The notes under the pieces were generated by a model. That model was not told the DNA's origin, made no database searches, and worked only from the letters and a program-made list of their open reading frames with translations. DNA of 58,582 bases, counting the filler, from Sphacelaria rigidula (lineage: Eukaryota), in assembly GCA_964200075.2 (NCBI GenBank). It is 5 parts of 5 records of this genome, joined end to end, with 100 filler letters (N's around TTAATTAATTAA, not from the genome) between each part and the next. Parts side by side here need not be neighbours in the genome. Positions count along the whole stretch, not along the records: positions 35,214 to 46,848 come from CAXNAA020004683.1; positions 46,949 to 58,582 come from CAXNAA020004684.1; 3 more parts are not named here. One strand, written 5' to 3'. Position 1 is the first letter of the stretch. Each line of letters starts with the position of its first letter. Position numbers and translations under genes: made by a program. This document shows positions 35,114 through 47,390 of this stretch, in pieces.

Positions 35114-37313
35114 NNNNNNNNNNNNNNNNNNNNNNNNNNNNNNNNNNNNNNNNNNNNTTAATTAATTAANNNNNNNNNNNNNNNNNNNNNNNNNNNNNNN
35201 NNNNNNNNNNNNNTCTTTCGTTTAGACGCCAGACACGTCATTCCTGACCAGCCTCATTGGTCGTTCTGGAGGCCCGGTCCCAAAAGGGTTAAGAAGTGTT
35301 TTTTTTGTCTGTTATCAGGAAACGGCTTTTTTTACAGTGTTTTTTTATACATGAGAAGTGGCCGAAGCAAGATGTGTACGGTAATGCTACAGTACCGCAT
35401 AATTGGACGACGTCGCAGCGAAGGCGAAATTTCCATCATATTATGGGGAGCAGTACAGTTGAAATGCTCAACACATGGTGGCAGGACAGGGTAGGCCTCA
35501 TCCCGAATGCTCATCATTTTTTCTTAATCAGTCGTTTCACGTATCCTCCCTTTGGGCGAATCATTTCGTATTTTAATAGCGCTCATCGCATTTCGCATGT
35601 ACAAATTTCCCCACAGGTTCACCTCTATCACCCAAAATTGTATCATCAGCAAATGCCTTCCGCAATACCTACTCAAAAATTGCATATATTGTACCATTCG
35701 GACCGGCTTGGACGACTGAAGAGCGTGACAGCCCCATTTTTGTTTCAGGCCATAGGGATGGCGCCAAGAGTGGAAAGGACCTCGACCAATCAGCAGCCTT
35801 CAAGATGTTCTGAGAAAGAAGAAACGATTTCTCAACCCAATATCCACTCAGTCTCCACATGCTTCAAATCGTAGTAACCGCCATCAGCTCGAGAATCGAA
35901 CGACTAAAACAGATTTGAAAACGGTTTCGATGGGACCAAATTATAGAGGTGGGATAACCTGAGTTAGGCTACGTGATTCATGATTGGTAAATTTCACAAG
36001 CGACGCTAACCCTAACTCTAACCTCAAGCCAAGGCACTCCGAGAATCCTGGGGCAAGGGATATGCATAGTGTCCTCTAGGCAAAGTCTGGCGTTGGTGGA
36101 CCTGAAATCGGCGCCTTGGACGAAAATGGCGTTCTGCGCACGCAAGAAGCACAAGTCACTGTCAACCCTCACAAAAGATCCGATTCTCGTTGTTCACACT
36201 TGACCCAAGTACCCCCGAGTAACTCCACTGGTTGTACCCAATACCATGTGTTGAGGAATATGGTAGTCGTGGAGACCGTTGTACTCTTCCTGGCAGGTCA
36301 CTGCAGAGGTTGACCCAGGCAGCTTTATGCTGACCTCGTCTCAGGAGTGAACACCGCAGGTCTCTGAACACGAATGCATATTTATCGTTACTTGTCCATG
36401 CAGCAGATCCCAAACAAACCGACAAAGCGTCCCACACGGGAAGAACCTCAAGAGGAGAAGTGAAGAGAAGTGATGAAGAGTGAGACCATGTGGGACGGTC
36501 ACAACGAAGATGGCTACGCTACTTTGCTACCTCCTGGAACAATCAATCGGTGTTCCTTTATCAGGAATCTTTCTCGAGAACTCTCACTATCGCATGCTCC
36601 GCCAATTGTAGAAGACGTATCCAAACGCAAAATCTATTCATCCGGCGAGTTCTCGACTGACCTGCGACTACTAGTCAATGATATATTTTCAGAACAACCT
36701 TCACACCACAGGATTCTCGAAGGCTCCACAACAGCTCCAATAGTTTCCTAATGCCCCGCATAATGTCCCGACTGTTACACAGTAAACAGGCCTCTGTATT
36801 TTAGCTTGATGCTACCGAACATTGACTCACATATGTTATGCAACATGAAATTCTTGACACCATGGTACTTCGGTGATGTGGGGTTCCGGCGCCTTTCCAT
36901 TCATTTCCACTGATAAGCACCAAAGACTCAGAAAGCCTCCTGACGGCTTTCCCTTACATCTGTCGTGAAAAATCTCTCCAGTCGCTCAAGTTCGGCGATT
37001 CGAATGGTGTTGATGCTCCCGATGGAAAATGATTGTTGACACAGTTGTCAATTATTCTCGGCCCTTTACCGGCCTCCGGGGGTCCCCGCGTGAAACCCTC
37101 CGGAACCGGGCACAGGATATCCCAAAGAGGACAAAGCCATACGTCCCGGGGTAATTCAAGCAACATTCATACAAACATTCGTTGCATCACTTATAAAGCT
37201 GCTGTAGTTTTTTCTCGTTTTTACGTCGAATTGAACATACCCGAAAGAGACATTTCTATCCTATAATCAAGTAGTTGTGCGGGCGCCGGCCACAGAAAAG
37301 TCCATCCATGAAG

Positions 37314-37600
37314 GCGCAAACTTCACGCCGTTTTGCGGAATTAGACTTTTGAAACTTTGTACACATGTACAATGGGTCATTGTAAAACTTTCGAAAGACG
37401 AGGATTTTTTTTAATTTACACTGTCGAAGGTTTTCTGGGGTCCCGTGGGGCACAGGACCACCCGGGAACCCTGGGGCCCCCGAAAACAGCGAAACAATCA
37501 AGGAGTAGAAAAAGTGCCCATCGGTAGTTCAGTATTGACCCATAGTAGAGGTCTGCAATTTTTCAGAGTCTAACCTCCTTAAACGGCGTGAAGTTTGCCG
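37314..37600. mobile_element. MITE-like element with ~50-bp imperfect inverted repeats
   Basis: GCAAACTTCACGCCGTTTTGCGGAATTAGACT ... AGTCTAACCTCCTTAAACGGCGTGAAGTTTGC. Confidence 0.6.
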
Positions 37601-38842
37601 AGGAACATATTTTGGTGAGGAGAGCAAATCAGCTTCTTAATCCATACGTTAATGGTGCGTGATTTCATTGCACATTAATCAAAGGCGAGAGCAAGATACA
37701 TGTTTCTGTAGATTGGTCACTTGTTTCCGTACGTTGATCATATTCGATCACGCTCCCAGTTGGAAGCTGTGTGTTCACATGATGATGTTCCGCCTGATTT
37801 GCGTGTCACATTTTCTTCCACGCTTTCAAAAATAAGACACGGTGAAGTTATCTCACTGAATATCCTTCCAATTATGACTATAAATGGCACAAGACTAAAA
37901 TTTACACCGAGCTCACAACTACCTCATCCGACAACTCCGGCTCAATTTACCGACCACAGCGCACAAACTGGTGATGTATTTCCCAAAAGCTGGCACGATG
38001 ATCATTATCCATTCTGATGGTCATTTTCCGTTCTGGCATTTTGAGCGCAATTGCCCGGATCTCACGCTGTACTGCCCGACGTATACTGTCTCTATACGCA
38101 AAAATTAGGGTACGATAGCAGCCATCGTAGCCACCGTCATTCAAGGCCAAGATATTTCTCGTACCCTCATGCAAAAGTGTGATTTTTACTCCTCGTTGCT
38201 CCGGTTTCGTGTTATCCCTTGCTTGACCTTTCAATGTGCGGCGACGGCATGTCAAGTTGGGAAGTTGTTCACTCGTCGATATTTGATCGTTTTATCTAAG
38301 AAACTGACGAAAAACACGAAGAGTCTTCTGTAGTCGTCATGCCGTTCTGCTCCATATTTGCCAAACAAACCCACACGAGCTGTAGACGGCAGAGGACTGA
38401 TTGCGGTTGGCATACACAGAAGAAGCGTAGGTTGTGTCCAGTGGAGAGTGTTAGGCTGCCTCCACGTTTGTATTATGTAGCCGCTAATGAAATTACATGA
38501 ACTTTACTGTTGTATCTGTTTTGACTACCATACATACGTGCCCAATCAGCACCTGATGAATGTATTTTACCGGTCAGATCAAAGCATTTCATTTATGTGT
38601 GAATTTCCGCCAATCTCGCCCCCTTCATGTCGAAATGACGGAAAATAATGCCATGGCATGCGCACCAGGCACCTGAATCCTGTCCCTTGAGGTGTGGCTG
38701 CTTCAGCTTACCGGTCACAGGAAGGTACTCCTCGAATGGTGTCGCTGCGTGACAGTGGTTGTGCGTGCTTTTGTGTGTCGCGGTACTTTTTTCCTCACGG
38801 TGTCATCCCGACATTTCTCTTTCGTGCGCAGATCCAGCGAGC

Positions 38843-41800
38843 ATGGAAAGCGGGTCCGTCTCTGAAGAGGAACGGAAGTCTGGTGCCAGGGGACGTAGTT
38901 CACGCGCACATGCGGCGACAGCTGACTTCAGCTCAGATTCGAGTGGTCAGGTGATTTTGACGGGATGATGGGGTAACTTGCGAGTGTGACAGTTCGCGCT
39001 GTCACCGCGCACCCTTTTTAATCGGCGAATGGTGATGCCTTGGATGATACCACATCGCGCCACCTTGGCTACACTCCGTCATGATGGCAGTGTTAGCCTA
39101 GGTTTGTTTCATTTGGGCTATGTCTGTAGCTTATCGAATTTGCAAGAATCAGCAGCCTCATTCTGTTGGCGCAGAGTTGCATGGCTCTATTGGTATTGCA
39201 TGTGTGATGTGTGACTGCACGGGCAAACGTCATATTCTAATCTGCGAGCCCAGCCCGAAAATCTTGAGTTCGAAATAAAACACAACAGACGCGGTAGGCA
39301 TCCGACACCTCTCCATTTGTGGAGGATCTAAATAATGTTTTTGTGGCAATCACGATCTGCTGTTCATAGGACGACGACAACGACGACAACGAGGATGATG
39401 GCGATGAACATGGCAATGGCCGCCTTCCCGCCAGGCGCAGAGGCCGAGGTGGTGCAGGCGGAAGCGATTACGATGATCCCGACGATCCAGACGATGATGA
39501 GGATGATGATGCTGATGACGATGCTGACAGCAGGTGCGACCATGACGAGCGAATGCGAGGCCCCGTGCGGGGCAAACACTTTCCTTCGAGCAAGCACAAT
39601 CGAGCGATGAAGAACGCGCACGGAGGCGATGGGAGCAGGGACAGATTTGGCGGGGGAGAGATGGGAGTAGGCAAGGATGGCGGGAGACCTTCCGGAAAGA
39701 TGTCGGGTCGGTACGTGGGGCACGAGAAGGGTAGGGCTCGGGGAAAGAGCGAGCAGGACAAGGCGAGAGATCAGCATAGAGGTGGTAAAGGGGATAGCTT
39801 CATGCCAGGTGGGAAGGTCAAGGGAGGAGATGCTGACCAGGGGGCTTCTCGCACGAAGAGGAAGGAATTCTCGAATGCTCTCGGTGCCGCCGGCGACTCA
39901 GACGACAAGCTTGGATCGGGTAGCCTCTGCAGAGACAGAGACCGTGGGGATCGCTTTAAGGACAAGTCTGGAGCACCGGGGAGCAAGAAGGTCTGTCCTT
40001 ACGGGAGAGCGGTCCTTGCGCAGGTTATCGTGTTGTTGGACATTCCATGTTGACAAGGTCGATGTACTTACTTGTTGTCATGCTTTGTTCAACTTCCCCG
40101 CGTCAGGAAGAGGCCACAGTCTCTAAGATGCAACTCATCTTATCGTGGTACTAGTGCTTGACTTGCAATGAATTAGCGCTCCCCCAGCTCCGTCGTCGAC
40201 CTACGCTGATGATTATTTGCTTATTTCGCTCTCGCGTCTTTTCATGGTTTGTACTGTTGGATCTCGAACCGACGAACTTGGGTTATTATTATTATTATAT
40301 ATTATTATTATTATATCCATCACATTAGCTCGATCTCTCGAACCCGTGGTCACAGAGTCGNNNNNNNAAGGAGTATATCACCAATGTACCCATAACCGAA
40401 ACAGCCCGCAGAAGAAATCAAGAATCAAAAACATCTACACGAAAAAAAGGGCACCCACACTGGGTATCATTAGTTATTCAACCAGTTTGACCACTGCGGC
40501 ACCGTCCAAAGTGTTGGAGGGTTATCAGGTGATGGGTTTTCGAGTAAGGTACGGTTCGAAAACTTTCACGATGTTCTCGGAGTGCTTCAATCGATCACAC
40601 CTCCTAGTTTCTGGCAACTCGAATAAGGAGAAATGTAACCGATCGTCATGTTCCCCCCGTTTTGCATTCCGCACTTCGCGTGGAACAGGATGAAGGAATG
40701 AAGAACTCGTGGCTTTCACAGATAGCGAAGGCGAAGGACCGCCCGAACCTGGTTCACTGGCGCGAAGAGCTGCTGCCAACCACCAAAGACAGCAGCGAAG
40801 ATTTTGAGGATGCCACTCTCAGCGTGGAGCTCATGAAAGCGCGTTGTGACGTGTGCTATCACGAGCAAGGGGTGAGGATGTAATGAATTTGCTGAGATGA
40901 AAATTTTGTGCCCTACTCTGTATCGCTGCTGTTTAGGTGCGCGTTTGGTGGTTCACCTCACCTTGTAAGTCTGACTATTTTTCCGTCATGTTTTTCGAAG
41001 AAATCATCTTTGGTACGAGGTGGGCAGGCCTAGGAACGGATCTAAGCCTGAAAATGGATTTAACTGTTCGGTTTTTAGAGTTGTGTTTTGAAATTTGTCC
41101 TGGAGTATCGCAGGGGCGCGATGGAAGGAGTTTTGCCAAGACATGGACATGAACATATATATATATATATATATAGCTATATATATCAAGGCAAGCACCG
41201 CAGAAGGAAGGTAGGGTGTTGAAACTAGTCAACTGAAATCCTGTGTTGGCCTCCCTCCTGTGTGTTCCCGGTTGATGCGCCCATATATACCGAAAGGTGT
41301 AGACTGGCGCCTGGAACAATGGGATGGCGATACACACACAAGTTACGATCCTCGATACCAAATTTTCAAAGCATACTTCTTAAAGCCGAGCTGCGAAATG
41401 GAGATTTAGTACATTCAGTGCCTCTTGTAATATTTTGAATCTTGTATGGGATATTATGCGCGCTACATCTTTCGATAGGTGACGAACCTGGTCGAGGTGA
41501 GGGCATTGATCGTTTTCTCGTGCCCGCGAAATGCTTGTACCAAAAATCATGAGCTGATGACTGTGTGGCGTGGTTTCGTGTAGACTTGAGTTTCGAGATA
41601 TCTCCGCACGTCACGGGATTTGCTCGACATGCCGTGTAAATAACGAGAAAGCATCAGACCGGGTTGTTGATTCGACGGGCATCCCCCCTCGATTAGACGA
41701 CGTACAAGATGTGCGGATCACGGCTCAAATCGTCTGCGTCGATCAGATGTCGCTGTGATGATTTGAATCCGTTTTAAGGCTGGCCCAGCTCGTGGGCAAG

Positions 41801-43969
41801 GGGGATTTCGAACGACGTGATTTTCCGTTTGCTTCTTGGTTATGTTTGTTTGGTATTTCTCGTTTTAGAGTGTAGCCTAGTGTCATGATACTGTGTCACA
41901 GATATGTCCCTTTCGCGCGGAACTGCTTTGGCCATGGCCGTCACAAAATAGCCCAATGTTTGTGTTACTTGATTCGGTCCTTGTCAGGACGGCGACAAAT
42001 TTTGCTGGAACGACCGATGCTGGAGGTCACCAGTGTTTTTCGGCTATTTTAAGCAGGGCCGGTATGGACCCGGGCCGATGATGGATACTGGGAGCTCCAT
42101 TGCGCCCCCTTCCACTCAATCCACTGAACGTTCGGGATATATTAACACCTTCGGCAGGGAAACGGTCATAGATTCCGCTCTCACCAGTGCTCTGCAAGCC
42201 CCCGTAAAGGTGAGTCGCGTCTAACTGCAGGCTGAACGGTCAGCACTGACATCGATGCGCCCTTATCATGTCTAATGATTTTTTTTTACCCAAGCTTGGG
42301 CGGCAGGCAGTGCAAATCCAGGTAGGTGAAGGGCGACATCTGATGCGGGCGAAATGTGTTCAAGCTCTTCCCTTATGTGTGCGCATGTGGCATCTCATTG
42401 ACAATAGCTTCGTTGTGATGGGTGACAGTCAAAGTGGGTTTCCTGTACCGTGTTTGGTGTGTTTGTGTGAGCAAGTTTATCTCCAAATGATTGGCACTTC
42501 GGCGTTTGTCCCTCAACTATGTTTTTGTCCGTCATCAGTGGCTTGAGACGAAGAGGAAGAGAAATTTCGAGAGTCATGAAGTTTTCTCTGAAGATCCTGC
42601 GCTCTACCGGTGGCAGTGCTGGGCATCTAACTTCCCGGATCCCAACTCGAAGGATCCTACATACGTCGATGACGGTAGGCCGCCAGGTTCCAAGGTGTGT
42701 CTCTGCAAAGCGTTGCACGGACGCGCATGCATGTGTGGTGCCTGTAGCACTATTTGAACTATTTACAGCACTAGTTTCGAAAACTACGAGTAGGGCGTCC
42801 TAAGTTATGACTGAAAAGGTTGGAATGGCCGGGTGAATCAACGCTGGTTCGAATCATCAAATCTACAATACCTGTGGCCTGATGGATCGAAAGAGAGGAT
42901 ATATTTGATCGCGAGACAAACAATTCTACACGCATTTCTTGCGCTTTTCCACGTACCTGGGGTGCAACGCTGAAAACAAAGCCCGAGGATTGATTGATTC
43001 GTAGTACGATACAAATGATCAATGGCACTGAAAACAACTAATTTCCAGACGAATCATTATTTCGTCCGACCCTTGAAAGGTTTCTCCTTTTAGAGTTGTT
43101 ACAAAAGACTCGCAACTTTTTGTCGATAAACAAATTATGTAGCTCAGGCCGTGTCTTGGGCATCCTTTTTGGTAAAAAAAAAAGCGCGGCGTGGAAGAAA
43201 TCGGTCGTGAATTATTTGATACGTCCACATCACTCATGTCCTCAATGATGCGAGAAAATGGCGTGGGCGAATCAGATACGAACAATTTTTCTCAGCCAAC
43301 CGTTTCCGATAGGTCCACGTCAGCTCGTGTAAGACACGGCCTCGGTCGGAGCGGAGTATGCGCACCGAAAAGCCGTGTGCATGTTGTACGGAATAGGTCA
43401 CAGAATCTCGGCTCAAAAGAGCTTGGAACGTCCTGGAAAAGCTTTCGTGGCTGTGATCGTTCGATGCTTGCCGTTTTTGTTCACCATGCATGTATGGCGA
43501 GCAGGAGTGTTTTTATGTTGGTCGCTGACCGCTCAATATTTTTCGACTGTCGGACGACCGTTCAAGACCCTACTGTGGAACAAGCCTTGACGTGAGCATG
43601 CCCTGAACCGTTCATGAAAGGTATCTTTTCTTGGAGCGTTGGGCCGACACCACGTTCTCATTCCACACGTTTTCTTGTGTTTGGCAGCGAACGAAATCCA
43701 GTCACCATCGCCACATGTCGGGACCCACGTCACCAGGAAGCAGCAGATCCGACAGACGGACGTATGACCGCGACGGTGCGTCGCGAATGCACATGAACGG
43801 GGACGGTGAACAGGAGTTGGAACATTCGGTTAAGGGAGATATGAGGCGCAAGCACCATCGCGCTGCGCGTGTCACCTCGCCTGATGCGCGCGGCGTGGAC
43901 ACCATGGACATGGGCGAAAATATACAGAGACAGGGAGGCAGCGGACATTCTCGGAGGGGCTGGAACTGA
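38843..43969 (+). CDS. Hypothetical ~500-aa protein. Exons 38843-38950, 39370-39990, 40689-40871, 42057-42209, 42539-42694, 43688-43969
   Basis: Six exons with canonical AG/GT, all phase 0, open from ATG (MESGSVSEEERK) to TGA. Asp-rich and G/K/R-rich disordered N-half; central ordered region SWLSQIAKAKDRPNLVHWREELLP...ARCDVCYHEQG...RWQCWASNFPDP. Confidence 0.75.
40255..40503 (-). repeat. Possible tRNA-derived SINE-like fragment with an (ATA)n tract
   Basis: Minus strand shows A-box-like GTGGTCAAACTGG, B-box-like GGTTCGAGA and an ATA repeat; spans a small N gap. Confidence 0.3.
41185..41340 (-). repeat. Interspersed repeat beginning with (GT)n-CATCCCA; second copy at 57831-58120 (+)
   Basis: Shared TGGGCGCATCA(A/G)CCG...CACACAGGAGG(G/A)AGG(C/T)CAACACA...GCTTGCC. 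Confidence 0.7.
41360..41792. mobile_element. CGAGCTGG-TIR subfamily B copy in an intron
   Basis: Colinear with 27475-28228; ends GGCTGGCCCAGCTCG. Confidence 0.7.
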
Positions 43970-44468
43970 CGGACGATTGTACAGCTGTCGCTTTTATTCG
44001 GTACTGTATAGCCAATGTTCCGCGCGTTTTGTTCCAAGTTTGGGTGGCGGGCAGGACTTTCGCGATCATTCCGGGCACGTCAAGAAGAGCTGTCTCGAGC
44101 TTGACCGAGAAGTCAATTGTCAAAATACGGGGTTGCGATGTACAGAGAGTTGTACGATCAGGACAGGGACAGAACGGGGGTGTCAGTCTTGCTTTTCTCG
44201 TTGTTTGCGGTCCAACTTTGTCGTCTTTAAAGCGGCAGTGTTCCAAGCTTGATTTAAACAACGGAGTCTTTTACAGAGGGATATTAGAACTGTAATGAAG
44301 TGCGTGGGGGGGGGGGGGGGGGAGGGGTTGGGTACCCTTTTGTGTTGTGATATTAGGGGGACGGGTATTAAAATGGGAGGAGGAAANNNNNNNNNNTTTT
44401 TTTGTGTGGAGGGGTGTCTGCTAATAATTATGTATAGAAAGAGTGTTATTTAGAAGGGGTAGTAGGAT

Positions 44469-44505
<37 letters not shown>

Positions 44506-44593
44506 TAGGGATTGGTACCCTTTTGTGTTCGCATAATAGAGTGCATGGTATTACTACTCCCCCTACAAACAAGCAGCGCAGGCATGAAATTTC

Positions 44594-44925
44594 CAGGGCT
44601 TTACACATTACACGTTCACGTCAAGTGACGTGTGTCACAAAAAAAAAAACATGACGGTAACGTTACATCAGAAAGTATAACGTGACTTCATCATCATGTG
44701 AAAAAATCGCACCTTTCACATTTGTCTCCGCGACAACGTAACGTGGAACATGTGTAGCCCCGGCTATACATGTACACGTTCACGTTCTCTCTACATTCAT
44801 CAGGTGAAAAAAATTACGTTACTTCAACGTTACATTTGAGCATTTGAGGTTACGTTTATCACGTGAAATATTTTAAAGTGAACGTAACGGGTAATGCTAT
44901 GGCACGTGAAACGTTCAAAGCCCTG
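44594..44925. mobile_element. hAT-like MITE with ACGT-palindrome array
   Basis: TIR CAGGGCTTT ... AAAGCCCTG; 8-bp TSD GAAATTTC/GAAATATC. Confidence 0.85.
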
Positions 44926-45701
44926 GAAATATCAAGCCACTTTTGAGGAAATAACTCGGTGACCATGTCATGCATCTCAGTGGGTGACAAGAGCACAATC
45001 TGGCACAATTTAGGTGACGGGGATGAGAGACGTCAAGGAGAGGATTACGTGCCTGTCAAACTCTCCTTGCACAAGAGTTGAAAGTTTGCACAGTACGGTG
45101 CTGTCACGAAAGCTAGAACGTGTCGAAGAGGTCGCGACACGTGTTGTTCACAATCTACCCATCCTCGATGGTGATTGATACAGATGTTGATGAAAAATAT
45201 GTGTCGATGAAGAAAAATCCTGTTGTTTTGAATCCTGTATGCGTCTACTCTGGACACTATTGCCGCCGCCGCCTCGCCCCTTCCCCCTTCCCCCCCCTCA
45301 CCCCTTGGACACAATGGCAGAACAGACGACCCAACTGTTTCTTGAAAAAAAGCACCTGGACTCAAAATGCACCGCCGTCGTACAGCAAACACGTGGTGAC
45401 AAATGGTCGAACTACAACCCACAACACAGGGAGTATGACACACACCAACGGAATTTGTCTTGCATTGCATTACGCGGTATACCTCCGCGCACCATCGGGA
45501 AAGGCTCTGCGCCTCTCTTCACGTTGTTACCAACAGCTGCGGCTTTCGCTTCCAGCTCGGGCTTGTTTCCACGAGTTGACAGTGCTTCCCTACTGAGGTG
45601 GCCGAGAGATGAAGAAAAATCCTGTTATAATATGTGTGTTCAAAACTGAGCTAACTTGTGGCCAAAACTTGAAACCAGTATTCCTCCAATCCGGAGATCA
45701 T

Positions 45702-45890
45702 CTATGGCTTCGTCTTGACCGTTACGGGGCCGGATACCATCGAGCAGCACGACAGCCTGTACGAGGCTGGTTTTTTCTCCAGCAATTTTTTTTCCCCAGG
45801 GCCTTTGGGGCTCAAGTTTGCCATGCCAGAAACGACGTTTACCGCACAGGTCCCGCATGAGCCTCCTCCTCCGCAGTTGTATATTTTACC
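45702..45890 (-). CDS. Last exon of a 2Fe-2S ferredoxin (cyanobacterial/plastid PnsB3-like family)
   Basis: CAG|GKIYNCGGGGSCGTCAVNVVSGMANLSPKGPGEKKLLEKKPASYRLSCCSMVSGPVTVKTKP*, with Cx5Cx2C...RLxC. Upstream exon not located. Confidence 0.88.
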   Translation of the reverse strand, partial: GKIYNCGGGGSCGTCAVNVVSGMANLSPKGPGEKKLLEKKPASYRLSCCSMVSGPVTVKTKP

Positions 45891-47097
45891 CTGTGGTGTG
45901 CGAAAATGCAGCGAGAAAAATGCAAACAAACATGTGGGGTAGATTAGTATCCCAAGCACGTGACCTCTACTTTCGACTAGATGACGCAGCCGATTTACTT
46001 CACTAGGTCGGCAGCATTTGCGGCACAAGCATGCAATGTGCCCCGTCACTTCATATAGTTCGTGGTTACCACCCTTTATGAAGGTGACACGGGTGTACGG
46101 TGGATGAGTGGACAGACGCCGTACACTGATTGAAACCATCTGAACGGTTTACCTCCTATCGAAATTTCTTCTTCCCAGGTCATTGACGACCTGCACACCT
46201 ACCGAGTGCACAGAAACCAGAGAAAACGCGTCAGGTTCACTCTTCCTGTTAAAAGTACCGACAGCACACGTAGGGTCATCCTTGATACCGCTCGAACGAC
46301 CCGAAAGGTTGCCAGGCGATGAGTGGTGGCGCTGTGTTCAATGTAGGGTCCACGGCAGGTACGCGTGAAGCTTGAAATTCGACACATTTTCATAGTCAAC
46401 ACGCACACCTTGTAAAGAGATGAGAAGAAAAAAAAAGGTTCAAGTTAAAGCTATTTGAAATTTCAGCAGAAACAGGAGGAATGAAGAATGATAGAGAATA
46501 CTATCAACTCAGTGAGAATGAAGAAATACTGCGTCACCTCTCATGTTGTGGGCACTTGCGTGCGGTAAATTCTGGTGAAATTTCGGACGAAAATAACTCA
46601 ATTTGGGCGCAGCAGGGCACTTTTTGTGTCACACCGAGAGTATGGAGGTCACGAGTTCGCATCCCGACATGTTTTCATTCCATCGTTATGTTAGTACCAG
46701 GGTAGTCGACAAATCTACACGAGTCCACAACCGCGACGGGACTATATCTCACTCGACATAGTTCCGAGAATATCTACGAGCTGGGCCGGCCCAGAAACGG
46801 ATTCAACCTGGCAGAACAATATTTCATCACCGGAAACGAATTGGGCCGNNNNNNNNNNNNNNNNNNNNNNNNNNNNNNNNNNNNNNNNNNNNTTAATTAA
46901 TTAANNNNNNNNNNNNNNNNNNNNNNNNNNNNNNNNNNNNNNNNNNNNAAATGACTCACTTAAAGTGAATGATCGAAGCCACTCTCAATCGTATCATCTA
47001 CTCTCAATCTCACGAAAACACTCTAGAGTGCTAGCGTCGGTAGATGTTGATGGATTGAACAGACCGTCTTCAAAACGAAGTGCCTCATTTGAACAGC

Positions 47098-47390
47098 GTT
47101 TTTGTGAGATTAAAGGAAGAGGGTACGATCGAGAACGTGAAGCGGTGAATTGCTGAATGAACAGTATCAGTTACAAAATGTCCCTTCATTAGGCCCGATA
47201 TGCTTGCTACCTGCAGTTTCCTACCACTAAAGCCCTTGATATCCTCGAGTACGATATCAACGGGTAGCTGTAAGCACACGCTGGTGTTTCAGGCAAAGAA
47301 AAGCACACAGAGATTGAGAATTTAGTCAAGTTGAAGCGAATGATCGAACCCACTCTCAATCGACGCTCTACTCTCGATCTCACGAAAAAA
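47098..47390 (-). mobile_element. TTTCGTGAGATTGA-TIR MITE (a partial end also at 46960-47020)
   Basis: Reverse copy of 53507-53800. Confidence 0.7.

Noticed and set aside
36005..36025. Telomere-like CCCTAA/TTAGGG motifs (also ~51870-51895, ~54955, ~55070-55090)
   Set aside because: Only 2-3 degenerate units inside interspersed repeats; no telomeric array.
44305..44555. Duplicated poly-G plus GGTACCCTTTTGTGTT block (G-quadruplex candidate)
   Set aside because: The two copies flank a small N gap and the first looks corrupted after the G-run; probable sequencing or assembly artefact.
20144..45890. Gene cluster of Rieske oxygenase plus ferredoxin (electron donor pair)
   Set aside because: They lie on different contigs joined artificially.
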